This document shows, in pieces, positions 23,501 through 38,500 of a DNA stretch of 64,000 nucleotides. The DNA is from the human T2T-CHM13v2.0 reference genome, Homo sapiens. The notes under the pieces were generated by a model that was given only the letters and a program-made list of their open reading frames with translations, ran no database searches and was not told where the DNA came from. Position 1 is the stretch's first letter, and each line of letters begins with the position of its first letter. The stretch lies in NCBI RefSeq assembly GCF_009914755.1, contig NC_060930.1. One strand, written 5' to 3'. Both the position numbers and the translations under genes were made by a program.

Positions 23501-26500
23501 CCTTTTGTAGAATCTGCAATGGGATATTTGGACTTCTTTGAGGCCTTCGTTGGAAACGGGATTTCTTCGTATGAATCTAGACAGAAGAATTCTCAGAAAC
23601 TTCCTTGTGATGTGTGCATTCAACTCAGCGAGTGGCACCTTCCTTTGGATACAGCAGTTTTGAAACACTGTTTTTGTAGTATTTCCAAGCGGATATTTAG
23701 AGCGCCTTGAAGCCTATGCTAGAAATGGAAATATCTCCCCATAAAACCAAGACAGAAGCAATCTCAGAAACTAATGTGTGATGGCTGCATTCCACACACA
23801 CGGTGGACCATTTCTCTTGATAGAGCAGTTTTGAAACACTCTTTCTGTAGAATCTGCAAGTGGATAATTGGACCTCCTAGAGGCCTTCGTTGGAAACGGG
23901 ATTTCTTCATCTAAACCTACAGAGAAGAATTCTCAGTAACTTCTTCGGATGTGTGCATTCGACGCACAGAATGGAACATTCCCTTTGATAGAGCAGTTTT
24001 GAGACACCGTTTTTGTAGAATTCCCAAGTGGATATTTAGAGCACTTTGAAGTCTCTGCTAGAAAAGGAAACATCTTCATGTAAAAAGTAGATAGAATCGT
24101 TCTCAGAAAGTGCTTAGTGACGTGTGCGTTCAACTCACAGAGTTTAACGTTTCTTTTGATAGAGCGTTTCTGAAACACCCTTCTTGTAGTAGCTGCAAGT
24201 GGATATTTGGACCTATTGGAGGCCTTCTTTGGAAATGGGATTTCTTCATGTAACTCTAGATTGAAGAGTTCTCAGAAACTCCTTTGTGATGTGTGCATTC
24301 AATTCAAAGAGTGAAACCTCCCTTTTCACAGAGCAGTTTTGAAACACTGTTTTTGTAGGATTTCCAAGGGGATATTTATAGCGCATTGAGCCTACGGCGG
24401 AAAAAGAAACATCTTCCTATAAAAACTAGACAGAATACTTCTCAGAATCTGCTTTGCGATGTGTGCGTTCAACTCACAGAGTAAAACTTTTCTTTTGATA
24501 GAGCAGTTTTGAAACACTCTTTTTGTAGTATTTGCATGTGTATATTTAGAGCGCATTGAAGCCCACAGTAGAAAAGGAAATAACTTCACCTAAAACCTAG
24601 ACAGAAGCAATCTCAGAAACTACTTTGTGATGTGTACATTCAACTCACAGAGTGGAACTTTCCTCTTTATAGAGCAGTGTTGAAACACTCTTTTTGTAGA
24701 AACTGCAAGTGGATATTTGGACCTCTTTGAGGCCTTCGTTGGAAACGGGATTTCTTCCTATAACCCTAGACAGAAGAATTTTCAGAAACCTCATTGTGAT
24801 GTGTGCGTTCATCTCACAGAGTGGAGTCTTCCGTTTGATAGAGAAGTTTTGAAACCCTGTTCTTGTAGGATTTCCAAGTGGATATTTAGACCACTTTGAA
24901 GCCTATGATAGAAAAGGAAACATCTTCATGGAAAACATAGATAGAATCATCCTCAGAAACAACTTTGTGATGTGTGCGTTGAACTCACCGTCTTTAACCT
25001 TTCTTTTGGTAGAGAAGTTTTGAAACACTCTCTTTGTAAAGTCTACAAGTGGATATTTTGAGCCCTTGGAGGCATTCTTTGGAAAAGGGAATGTCTTCAC
25101 ATAAAAGGCAGACGGAAGTGTTCTCAGAAACTGCTTTGTGATGTCTGTGTTCAACTCACAGAGTTTAACATTTCCTTTGATAGAGCGGTTTAGTAACCCT
25201 CTCTTTGTAGAATTTGGAAGTGTATACTAAGAGCGCTTTGAGGCCTATGGTAGAAAAGGAAATATCTTTCCATAAAAGCTAGACAGAAGCAATCTCAGAA
25301 ACTCCTTTGCGATGTCTGCATTCAACTCACCGAGTGGAACATTCCTCTTGAGAGAGCAGTTTGGAAACACTCTTTCTGTAGAATCAGCTTGTTTGTATTT
25401 GGACCTCCTTGAGGCCTTCGTTGGAAACGGGTTTTCATCTTATAAACCCAGACAGAAGAATTCTCAGAGTCTTCTTTGTGATGTGTGCTTTCAACTCACC
25501 GAGATAAAGATTTCTCTTGATAGAGCAATTTGGAAACACTCTTTTTGTAGAATTTGCAAGGGTACATTGAGAGCGCTTTCAGGCCTATGGTAGAAAAGGG
25601 AATATCTTTCCATAAAAGGTAGACAGAAGCAATCTCAGAAACTACTTTGTGATGTGTGCATTCAACTCACCGAGTGCAACGTTCCTCTTGACCGAGCAGT
25701 TTGGAAACATTGTTTCTGTAGAATCTGCAAGTGGATATTTGGACCTCTTTGAGGCCTTCGTTGGAAACGGGATTTCTTCCTATAAACCCAGACAGAAGAA
25801 TTCTCAGAGACTTCTTTGTGATGTGTGAATTCAACTCACAGTGTGGATCCTTCCTTTTGATAGAGCAGTTTTGAAACCCTGTTTTTGTAGTATTTCCAAG
25901 CGGATATTCGGAACGCCTTGAAGCGTATGGTAGAAAAGGAAATATCTTCCCATAAAACCTAGACAGAACCAATCTCAGAAACGACTTTGTGATGTCTGCA
26001 TTCAAGTCACAGAGTTGAACATTTCTCTTGATAGAGCAGTTTTGAAACCCTCTTTCTGAAGGATCTGCAAGTGGATATTTGGAACTCCTTTGGGTCTTCG
26101 TTGGAAACGGGATTTCTTCGTATAAATCTAGACAGAAGAATTCTCCGAAACTTCTTTGGTTGTGTGCATTCAAGTCACAGAGTGGAACCTTCCTTTGGAT
26201 AGAGCAGTTTGAAACGCCGTGGTTGTAGTATTTCCAAGCGGATATTAGAGCGCCTTGAGGCCTATGGTAGAAAAGGAAATATCTTCCCATAAAACCTAGA
26301 CGGAAGCAATCTCAGAAACTACTGTGTGATGGCTGCATTCCACACACACGGTGGAACATTTCTCTTGATAGAGCAGTTTTGAAACACTCTTTCTGTAGAA
26401 TCTGCAAGTGGATAATTGGACCGCCTTGAGGCCTTCGTTGGAAACGGGATTTCTTCATGTTACTCTAGATAGAAGAATTCTCAAACACTGCTATGTGATG

Positions 26501-29500
26501 TTTGCATTCAAGTCACAGAGTGCAACATTCCTCTTGGTAGAGCAGTTGGGAAACACTCCTTTTGTAGAATCTGCAATGGGATATTTGGACTTCTTTGAGG
26601 CCTTCGTTGGAAACGGGATTTCTTCGTATGAATCTAGACAGAAGAATTCTCAGAAACTTCCTTGTGATGTGTGCATTCAACTCAGCGAGTGGCACCTTCC
26701 TTTGGATACAGCAGTTTTGAAACACTGTTTTTGTAGTATTTCCAAGCGGATATTTAGAGCGCCTTGAAGCCTATGCTAGAAATGGAAATATCTCCCCATA
26801 AAACCAAGACAGAAGCAATCTCAGAAACTAATGTGTGATGGCTGCATTCCACACACACGGTGGACCATTTCTCTTGATAGAGCAGTTTTGAAACACTCTT
26901 TCTGTAGAATCTGCAAGTGGATAATTGGACCTCCTAGAGGCCTTCGTTGGAAACGGGATTTCTTCATCTAAACCTACAGAGAAGAATTCTCAGTAACTTC
27001 TTCGGATGTGTGCATTCGACGCACAGAATGGAACATTCCCTTTGATAGAGCAGTTTTGAGACACCGTTTTTGTAGAATTCCCAAGTGGATATTTAGAGCA
27101 CTTTGAAGTCTCTGCTAGAAAAGGAAACATCTTCATGTAAAAAGTAGATAGAATCGTTCTCAGAAAGTGCTTAGTGACGTGTGCGTTCAACTCACAGAGT
27201 TTAACGTTTCTTTTGATAGAGCGTTTCTGAAACACCCTTCTTGTAGTAGCTGCAAGTGGATATTTGGACCTATTGGAGGCCTTCTTTGGAAATGGGATTT
27301 CTTCATGTAACTCTAGATTGAAGAGTTCTCAGAAACTCCTTTGTGATGTGTGCATTCAATTCAAAGAGTGAAACCTCCCTTTTCACAGAGCAGTTTTGAA
27401 ACACTGTTTTTGTAGGATTTCCAAGGGGATATTTATAGCGCATTGAGCCTACGGCGGAAAAAGAAACATCTTCCTATAAAAACTAGACAGAATACTTCTC
27501 AGAATCTGCTTTGCGATGTGTGCGTTCAACTCACAGAGTAAAACTTTTCTTTTGATAGAGCAGTTTTGAAACACTCTTTTTGTAGTATTTGCATGTGTAT
27601 ATTTAGAGCGCATTGAAGCCCACAGTAGAAAAGGAAATAACTTCACCTAAAACCTAGACAGAAGCAATCTCAGAAACTACTTTGTGATGTGTACATTCAA
27701 CTCACAGAGTGGAACTTTCCTCTTTATAGAGCAGTGTTGAAACACTCTTTTTGTAGAAACTGCAAGTGGATATTTGGACCTCTTTGAGGCCTTCGTTGGA
27801 AACGGGATTTCTTCCTATAACCCTAGACAGAAGAATTTTCAGAAACCTCATTGTGATGTGTGCGTTCATCTCACAGAGTGGAGTCTTCCGTTTGATAGAG
27901 AAGTTTTGAAACCCTGTTCTTGTAGGATTTCCAAGTGGATATTTAGACCACTTTGAAGCCTATGATAGAAAAGGAAACATCTTCATGGAAAACATAGATA
28001 GAATCATCCTCAGAAACAACTTTGTGATGTGTGCGTTGAACTCACCGTCTTTAACCTTTCTTTTGGTAGAGAAGTTTTGAAACACTCTCTTTGTAAAGTC
28101 TACAAGTGGATATTTTGAGCCCTTGGAGGCATTCTTTGGAAAAGGGAATGTCTTCACATAAAAGGCAGACGGAAGTGTTCTCAGAAACTGCTTTGTGATG
28201 TCTGTGTTCAACTCACAGAGTTTAACATTTCCTTTGATAGAGCGGTTTAGTAACCCTCTCTTTGTAGAATTTGGAAGTGTATACTAAGAGCGCTTTGAGG
28301 CCTATGGTAGAAAAGGAAATATCTTTCCATAAAAGCTAGACAGAAGCAATCTCAGAAACTCCTTTGCGATGTCTGCATTCAACTCACCGAGTGGAACATT
28401 CCTCTTGAGAGAGCAGTTTGGAAACACTCTTTCTGTAGAATCAGCTTGTTTGTATTTGGACCTCCTTGAGGCCTTCGTTGGAAACGGGTTTTCATCTTAT
28501 AAACCCAGACAGAAGAATTCTCAGAGTCTTCTTTGTGATGTGTGCTTTCAACTCACCGAGATAAAGATTTCTCTTGATAGAGCAATTTGGAAACACTCTT
28601 TTTGTAGAATTTGCAAGGGTACATTGAGAGCGCTTTCAGGCCTATGGTAGAAAAGGGAATATCTTTCCATAAAAGGTAGACAGAAGCAATCTCAGAAACT
28701 ACTTTGTGATGTGTGCATTCAACTCACCGAGTGCAACGTTCCTCTTGACCGAGCAGTTTGGAAACATTGTTTCTGTAGAATCTGCAAGTGGATATTTGGA
28801 CCTCTTTGAGGCCTTCGTTGGAAACGGGATTTCTTCCTATAAACCCAGACAGAAGAATTCTCAGAGACTTCTTTGTGATGTGTGAATTCAACTCACAGTG
28901 TGGATCCTTCCTTTTGATAGAGCAGTTTTGAAACCCTGTTTTTGTAGTATTTCCAAGCGGATATTCGGAACGCCTTGAAGCGTATGGTAGAAAAGGAAAT
29001 ATCTTCCCATAAAACCTAGACAGAACCAATCTCAGAAACGACTTTGTGATGTCTGCATTCAAGTCACAGAGTTGAACATTTCTCTTGATAGAGCAGTTTT
29101 GAAACCCTCTTTCTGAAGGATCTGCAAGTGGATATTTGGAACTCCTTTGGGTCTTCGTTGGAAACGGGATTTCTTCGTATAAATCTAGACAGAAGAATTC
29201 TCCGAAACTTCTTTGGTTGTGTGCATTCAAGTCACAGAGTGGAACCTTCCTTTGGATAGAGCAGTTTGAAACGCCGTGGTTGTAGTATTTCCAAGCGGAT
29301 ATTAGAGCGCCTTGAGGCCTATGGTAGAAAAGGAAATATCTTCCCATAAAACCTAGACGGAAGCAATCTCAGAAACTACTGTGTGATGGCTGCATTCCAC
29401 ACACACGGTGGAACATTTCTCTTGATAGAGCAGTTTTGAAACACTCTTTCTGTAGAATCTGCAAGTGGATAATTGGACCGCCTTGAGGCCTTCGTTGGAA

Positions 29501-32500
29501 ACGGGATTTCTTCATGTTACTCTAGATAGAAGAATTCTCAAACACTGCTATGTGATGTTTGCATTCAAGTCACAGAGTGCAACATTCCTCTTGGTAGAGC
29601 AGTTGGGAAACACTCCTTTTGTAGAATCTGCAATGGGATATTTGGACTTCTTTGAGGCCTTCGTTGGAAACGGGATTTCTTCGTATGAATCTAGACAGAA
29701 GAATTCTCAGAAACTTCCTTGTGATGTGTGCATTCAACTCAGCGAGTGGCACCTTCCTTTGGATACAGCAGTTTTGAAACACTGTTTTTGTAGTATTTCC
29801 AAGCGGATATTTAGAGCGCCTTGAAGCCTATGCTAGAAATGGAAATATCTCCCCATAAAACCAAGACAGAAGCAATCTCAGAAACTAATGTGTGATGGCT
29901 GCATTCCACACACACGGTGGACCATTTCTCTTGATAGAGCAGTTTTGAAACACTCTTTCTGTAGAATCTGCAAGTGGATAATTGGACCTCCTAGAGGCCT
30001 TCGTTGGAAACGGGATTTCTTCATCTAAACCTACAGAGAAGAATTCTCAGTAACTTCTTCGGATGTGTGCATTCGACGCACAGAATGGAACATTCCCTTT
30101 GATAGAGCAGTTTTGAGACACCGTTTTTGTAGAATTCCCAAGTGGATATTTAGAGCACTTTGAAGTCTCTGCTAGAAAAGGAAACATCTTCATGTAAAAA
30201 GTAGATAGAATCGTTCTCAGAAAGTGCTTAGTGACGTGTGCGTTCAACTCACAGAGTTTAACGTTTCTTTTGATAGAGCGTTTCTGAAACACCCTTCTTG
30301 TAGTAGCTGCAAGTGGATATTTGGACCTATTGGAGGCCTTCTTTGGAAATGGGATTTCTTCATGTAACTCTAGATTGAAGAGTTCTCAGAAACTCCTTTG
30401 TGATGTGTGCATTCAATTCAAAGAGTGAAACCTCCCTTTTCACAGAGCAGTTTTGAAACACTGTTTTTGTAGGATTTCCAAGGGGATATTTATAGCGCAT
30501 TGAGCCTACGGCGGAAAAAGAAACATCTTCCTATAAAAACTAGACAGAATACTTCTCAGAATCTGCTTTGCGATGTGTGCGTTCAACTCACAGAGTAAAA
30601 CTTTTCTTTTGATAGAGCAGTTTTGAAACACTCTTTTTGTAGTATTTGCATGTGTATATTTAGAGCGCATTGAAGCCCACAGTAGAAAAGGAAATAACTT
30701 CACCTAAAACCTAGACAGAAGCAATCTCAGAAACTACTTTGTGATGTGTACATTCAACTCACAGAGTGGAACTTTCCTCTTTATAGAGCAGTGTTGAAAC
30801 ACTCTTTTTGTAGAAACTGCAAGTGGATATTTGGACCTCTTTGAGGCCTTCGTTGGAAACGGGATTTCTTCCTATAACCCTAGACAGAAGAATTTTCAGA
30901 AACCTCATTGTGATGTGTGCGTTCATCTCACAGAGTGGAGTCTTCCGTTTGATAGAGAAGTTTTGAAACCCTGTTCTTGTAGGATTTCCAAGTGGATATT
31001 TAGACCACTTTGAAGCCTATGATAGAAAAGGAAACATCTTCATGGAAAACATAGATAGAATCATCCTCAGAAACAACTTTGTGATGTGTGCGTTGAACTC
31101 ACCGTCTTTAACCTTTCTTTTGGTAGAGAAGTTTTGAAACACTCTCTTTGTAAAGTCTACAAGTGGATATTTTGAGCCCTTGGAGGCATTCTTTGGAAAA
31201 GGGAATGTCTTCACATAAAAGGCAGACGGAAGTGTTCTCAGAAACTGCTTTGTGATGTCTGTGTTCAACTCACAGAGTTTAACATTTCCTTTGATAGAGC
31301 GGTTTAGTAACCCTCTCTTTGTAGAATTTGGAAGTGTATACTAAGAGCGCTTTGAGGCCTATGGTAGAAAAGGAAATATCTTTCCATAAAAGCTAGACAG
31401 AAGCAATCTCAGAAACTCCTTTGCGATGTCTGCATTCAACTCACCGAGTGGAACATTCCTCTTGAGAGAGCAGTTTGGAAACACTCTTTCTGTAGAATCA
31501 GCTTGTTTGTATTTGGACCTCCTTGAGGCCTTCGTTGGAAACGGGTTTTCATCTTATAAACCCAGACAGAAGAATTCTCAGAGTCTTCTTTGTGATGTGT
31601 GCTTTCAACTCACCGAGATAAAGATTTCTCTTGATAGAGCAATTTGGAAACACTCTTTTTGTAGAATTTGCAAGGGTACATTGAGAGCGCTTTCAGGCCT
31701 ATGGTAGAAAAGGGAATATCTTTCCATAAAAGGTAGACAGAAGCAATCTCAGAAACTACTTTGTGATGTGTGCATTCAACTCACCGAGTGCAACGTTCCT
31801 CTTGACCGAGCAGTTTGGAAACATTGTTTCTGTAGAATCTGCAAGTGGATATTTGGACCTCTTTGAGGCCTTCGTTGGAAACGGGATTTCTTCCTATAAA
31901 CCCAGACAGAAGAATTCTCAGAGACTTCTTTGTGATGTGTGAATTCAACTCACAGTGTGGATCCTTCCTTTTGATAGAGCAGTTTTGAAACCCTGTTTTT
32001 GTAGTATTTCCAAGCGGATATTCGGAACGCCTTGAAGCGTATGGTAGAAAAGGAAATATCTTCCCATAAAACCTAGACAGAACCAATCTCAGAAACGACT
32101 TTGTGATGTCTGCATTCAAGTCACAGAGTTGAACATTTCTCTTGATAGAGCAGTTTTGAAACCCTCTTTCTGAAGGATCTGCAAGTGGATATTTGGAACT
32201 CCTTTGGGTCTTCGTTGGAAATGGGATTTCTTCGTATAAATCTAGACAGAAGAATTCTCCGAAACTTCTTTGGTTGTGTGCATTCAAGTCACAGGGTGGA
32301 ACCTTCCTTTGGATAGAGCAGTTTGAAACGCCGTGGTTGTAGTATTTCCAAGCGGATATTAGAGCGCCTTGAGGCCTATGGTAGAAAAGGAAATATCTTC
32401 CCATAAAACCTAGACGGAAGCAATCTCAGAAACTACTGTGTGATGGCTGCATTCCACACACACGGTGGAACATTTCTCTTGATAGAGCAGTTTTGAAACA

Positions 32501-35500
32501 CTCTTTCTGTAGAATCTGCAAGTGGATAATTGGACCGCCTTGAGGCCTTCGTTGGAAACGGGATTTCTTCATGTTACTCTAGATAGAAGAATTCTCAAAC
32601 ACTGCTATGTGATGTTTGCATTCAAGTCACAGAGTGCAACATTCCTCTTGGTAGAGCAGTTGGGAAACACTCCTTTTGTAGAATCTGCAATGGGATATTT
32701 GGACTTCTTTGAGGCCTTCGTTGGAAACGGGATTTCTTCGTATGAATCTAGACAGAAGAATTCTCAGAAACTTCCTTGTGATGTGTGCATTCAACTCAGC
32801 GAGTGGCACCTTCCTTTGGATACAGCAGTTTTGAAACACTGTTTTTGTAGTATTTCCAAGCGGATATTTAGAGCGCCTTGAAGCCTATGCTAGAAATGGA
32901 AATATCTCCCCATAAAACCAAGACAGAAGCAATCTCAGAAACTAATGTGTGATGGCTGCATTCCACACACACGGTGGACCATTTCTCTTGATAGAGCAGT
33001 TTTGAAACACTCTTTCTGTAGAATCTGCAAGTGGATAATTGGACCTCCTAGAGGCCTTCGTTGGAAACGGGATTTCTTCATCTAAACCTACAGAGAAGAA
33101 TTCTCAGTAACTTCTTCGGATGTGTGCATTCGACGCACAGAATGGAACATTCCCTTTGATAGAGCAGTTTTGAGACACCGTTTTTGTAGAATTCCCAAGT
33201 GGATATTTAGAGCACTTTGAAGTCTCTGCTAGAAAAGGAAACATCTTCATGTAAAAAGTAGATAGAATCGTTCTCAGAAAGTGCTTAGTGACGTGTGCGT
33301 TCAACTCACAGAGTTTAACGTTTCTTTTGATAGAGCGTTTCTGAAACACCCTTCTTGTAGTAGCTGCAAGTGGATATTTGGACCTATTGGAGGCCTTCTT
33401 TGGAAATGGGATTTCTTCATGTAACTCTAGATTGAAGAGTTCTCAGAAACTCCTTTGTGATGTGTGCATTCAATTCAAAGAGTGAAACCTCCCTTTTCAC
33501 AGAGCAGTTTTGAAACACTGTTTTTGTAGGATTTCCAAGGGGATATTTATAGCGCATTGAGCCTACGGCGGAAAAAGAAACATCTTCCTATAAAAACTAG
33601 ACAGAATACTTCTCAGAATCTGCTTTGCGATGTGTGCGTTCAACTCACAGAGTAAAACTTTTCTTTTGATAGAGCAGTTTTGAAACACTCTTTTTGTAGT
33701 ATTTGCATGTGTATATTTAGAGCGCATTGAAGCCCACAGTAGAAAAGGAAATAACTTCACCTAAAACCTAGACAGAAGCAATCTCAGAAACTACTTTGTG
33801 ATGTGTACATTCAACTCACAGAGTGGAACTTTCCTCTTTATAGAGCAGTGTTGAAACACTCTTTTTGTAGAAACTGCAAGTGGATATTTGGACCTCTTTG
33901 AGGCCTTCGTTGGAAACGGGATTTCTTCCTATAACCCTAGACAGAAGAATTTTCAGAAACCTCATTGTGATGTGTGCGTTCATCTCACAGAGTGGAGTCT
34001 TCCGTTTGATAGAGAAGTTTTGAAACCCTGTTCTTGTAGGATTTCCAAGTGGATATTTAGACCACTTTGAAGCCTATGATAGAAAAGGAAACATCTTCAT
34101 GGAAAACATAGATAGAATCATCCTCAGAAACAACTTTGTGATGTGTGCGTTGAACTCACCGTCTTTAACCTTTCTTTTGGTAGAGAAGTTTTGAAACACT
34201 CTCTTTGTAAAGTCTACAAGTGGATATTTTGAGCCCTTGGAGGCATTCTTTGGAAAAGGGAATGTCTTCACATAAAAGGCAGACGGAAGTGTTCTCAGAA
34301 ACTGCTTTGTGATGTCTGTGTTCAACTCACAGAGTTTAACATTTCCTTTGATAGAGCGGTTTAGTAACCCTCTCTTTGTAGAATTTGGAAGTGTATACTA
34401 AGAGCGCTTTGAGGCCTATGGTAGAAAAGGAAATATCTTTCCATAAAAGCTAGACAGAAGCAATCTCAGAAACTCCTTTGCGATGTCTGCATTCAACTCA
34501 CCGAGTGGAACATTCCTCTTGAGAGAGCAGTTTGGAAACACTCTTTCTGTAGAATCAGCTTGTTTGTATTTGGACCTCCTTGAGGCCTTCGTTGGAAACG
34601 GGTTTTCATCTTATAAACCCAGACAGAAGAATTCTCAGAGTCTTCTTTGTGATGTGTGCTTTCAACTCACCGAGATAAAGATTTCTCTTGATAGAGCAAT
34701 TTGGAAACACTCTTTTTGTAGAATTTGCAAGGGTACATTGAGAGCGCTTTCAGGCCTATGGTAGAAAAGGGAATATCTTTCCATAAAAGGTAGACAGAAG
34801 CAATCTCAGAAACTACTTTGTGATGTGTGCATTCAACTCACCGAGTGCAACGTTCCTCTTGACCGAGCAGTTTGGAAACATTGTTTCTGTAGAATCTGCA
34901 AGTGGATATTTGGACCTCTTTGAGGCCTTCGTTGGAAACGGGATTTCTTCCTATAAACCCAGACAGAAGAATTCTCAGAGACTTCTTTGTGATGTGTGAA
35001 TTCAACTCACAGTGTGGATCCTTCCTTTTGATAGAGCAGTTTTGAAACCCTGTTTTTGTAGTATTTCCAAGCGGATATTCGGAACGCCTTGAAGCGTATG
35101 GTAGAAAAGGAAATATCTTCCCATAAAACCTAGACAGAACCAATCTCAGAAACGACTTTGTGATGTCTGCATTCAAGTCACAGAGTTGAACATTTCTCTT
35201 GATAGAGCAGTTTTGAAACCCTCTTTCTGAAGGATCTGCAAGTGGATATTTGGAACTCCTTTGGGTCTTCGTTGGAAACGGGATTTCTTCGTATAAATCT
35301 AGACAGAAGAATTCTCCGAAACTTCTTTGGTTGTGTGCATTCAAGTCACAGAGTGGAACCTTCCTTTGGATAGAGCAGTTTGAAACGCCGTGGTTGTAGT
35401 ATTTCCAAGCGGATATTAGAGCGCCTTGAGGCCTATGGTAGAAAAGGAAATATCTTCCCATAAAACCTAGACGGAAGCAATCTCAGAAACTACTGTGTGA

Positions 35501-38500
35501 TGGCTGCATTCCACACACACGGTGGAACATTTCTCTTGATAGAGCAGTTTTGAAACACTCTTTCTGTAGAATCTGCAAGTGGATAATTGGACCGCCTTGA
35601 GGCCTTCGTTGGAAACGGGATTTCTTCATGTTACTCTAGATAGAAGAATTCTCAAACACTGCTATGTGATGTTTGCATTCAAGTCACAGAGTGCAACATT
35701 CCTCTTGGTAGAGCAGTTGGGAAACACTCCTTTTGTAGAATCTGCAATGGGATATTTGGACTTCTTTGAGGCCTTCGTTGGAAACGGGATTTCTTCGTAT
35801 GAATCTAGACAGAAGAATTCTCAGAAACTTCCTTGTGATGTGTGCATTCAACTCAGCGAGTGGCACCTTCCTTTGGATACAGCAGTTTTGAAACACTGTT
35901 TTTGTAGTATTTCCAAGCGGATATTTAGAGCGCCTTGAAGCCTATGCTAGAAATGGAAATATCTCCCCATAAAACCAAGACAGAAGCAATCTCAGAAACT
36001 AATGTGTGATGGCTGCATTCCACACACACGGTGGACCATTTCTCTTGATAGAGCAGTTTTGAAACACTCTTTCTGTAGAATCTGCAAGTGGATAATTGGA
36101 CCTCCTAGAGGCCTTCGTTGGAAACGGGATTTCTTCATCTAAACCTACAGAGAAGAATTCTCAGTAACTTCTTCGGATGTGTGCATTCGACGCACAGAAT
36201 GGAACATTCCCTTTGATAGAGCAGTTTTGAGACACCGTTTTTGTAGAATTCCCAAGTGGATATTTAGAGCACTTTGAAGTCTCTGCTAGAAAAGGAAACA
36301 TCTTCATGTAAAAAGTAGATAGAATCGTTCTCAGAAAGTGCTTAGTGACGTGTGCGTTCAACTCACAGAGTTTAACGTTTCTTTTGATAGAGCGTTTCTG
36401 AAACACCCTTCTTGTAGTAGCTGCAAGTGGATATTTGGACCTATTGGAGGCCTTCTTTGGAAATGGGATTTCTTCATGTAACTCTAGATTGAAGAGTTCT
36501 CAGAAACTCCTTTGTGATGTGTGCATTCAATTCAAAGAGTGAAACCTCCCTTTTCACAGAGCAGTTTTGAAACACTGTTTTTGTAGGATTTCCAAGGGGA
36601 TATTTATAGCGCATTGAGCCTACGGCGGAAAAAGAAACATCTTCCTATAAAAACTAGACAGAATACTTCTCAGAATCTGCTTTGCGATGTGTGCGTTCAA
36701 CTCACAGAGTAAAACTTTTCTTTTGATAGAGCAGTTTTGAAACACTCTTTTTGTAGTATTTGCATGTGTATATTTAGAGCGCATTGAAGCCCACAGTAGA
36801 AAAGGAAATAACTTCACCTAAAACCTAGACAGAAGCAATCTCAGAAACTACTTTGTGATGTGTACATTCAACTCACAGAGTGGAACTTTCCTCTTTATAG
36901 AGCAGTGTTGAAACACTCTTTTTGTAGAAACTGCAAGTGGATATTTGGACCTCTTTGAGGCCTTCGTTGGAAACGGGATTTCTTCCTATAACCCTAGACA
37001 GAAGAATTTTCAGAAACCTCATTGTGATGTGTGCGTTCATCTCACAGAGTGGAGTCTTCCGTTTGATAGAGAAGTTTTGAAACCCTGTTCTTGTAGGATT
37101 TCCAAGTGGATATTTAGACCACTTTGAAGCCTATGATAGAAAAGGAAACATCTTCATGGAAAACATAGATAGAATCATCCTCAGAAACAACTTTGTGATG
37201 TGTGCGTTGAACTCACCGTCTTTAACCTTTCTTTTGGTAGAGAAGTTTTGAAACACTCTCTTTGTAAAGTCTACAAGTGGATATTTTGAGCCCTTGGAGG
37301 CATTCTTTGGAAAAGGGAATGTCTTCACATAAAAGGCAGACGGAAGTGTTCTCAGAAACTGCTTTGTGATGTCTGTGTTCAACTCACAGAGTTTAACATT
37401 TCCTTTGATAGAGCGGTTTAGTAACCCTCTCTTTGTAGAATTTGGAAGTGTATACTAAGAGCGCTTTGAGGCCTATGGTAGAAAAGGAAATATCTTTCCA
37501 TAAAAGCTAGACAGAAGCAATCTCAGAAACTCCTTTGCGATGTCTGCATTCAACTCACCGAGTGGAACATTCCTCTTGAGAGAGCAGTTTGGAAACACTC
37601 TTTCTGTAGAATCAGCTTGTTTGTATTTGGACCTCCTTGAGGCCTTCGTTGGAAACGGGTTTTCATCTTATAAACCCAGACAGAAGAATTCTCAGAGTCT
37701 TCTTTGTGATGTGTGCTTTCAACTCACCGAGATAAAGATTTCTCTTGATAGAGCAATTTGGAAACACTCTTTTTGTAGAATTTGCAAGGGTACATTGAGA
37801 GCGCTTTCAGGCCTATGGTAGAAAAGGGAATATCTTTCCATAAAAGGTAGACAGAAGCAATCTCAGAAACTACTTTGTGATGTGTGCATTCAACTCACCG
37901 AGTGCAACGTTCCTCTTGACCGAGCAGTTTGGAAACATTGTTTCTGTAGAATCTGCAAGTGGATATTTGGACCTCTTTGAGGCCTTCGTTGGAAACGGGA
38001 TTTCTTCCTATAAACCCAGACAGAAGAATTCTCAGAGACTTCTTTGTGATGTGTGAATTCAACTCACAGTGTGGATCCTTCCTTTTGATAGAGCAGTTTT
38101 GAAACCCTGTTTTTGTAGTATTTCCAAGCGGATATTTGGAACGCCTTGAAGCGTATGGTAGAAAAGGAAATATCTTCCCATAAAACCTAGACAGAACCAA
38201 TCTCAGAAACGACTTTGTGATGTCTGCATTCAAGTCACAGAGTTGAACATTTCTCTTGATAGAGCAGTTTTGAAACCCTCTTTCTGAAGGATCTGCAAGT
38301 GGATATTTGGAACTCCTTTGGGTCTTCGTTGGAAACGGGATTTCTTCGTATAAATCTAGACAGAAGAATTCTCCGAAACTTCTTTGGTTGTGTGCATTCA
38401 AGTCACAGAGTGGAACCTTCCTTTGGATAGAGCAGTTTGAAACGCCGTGGTTGTAGTATTTCCAAGCGGATATTAGAGCGCCTTGAGGCCTATGGTAGAA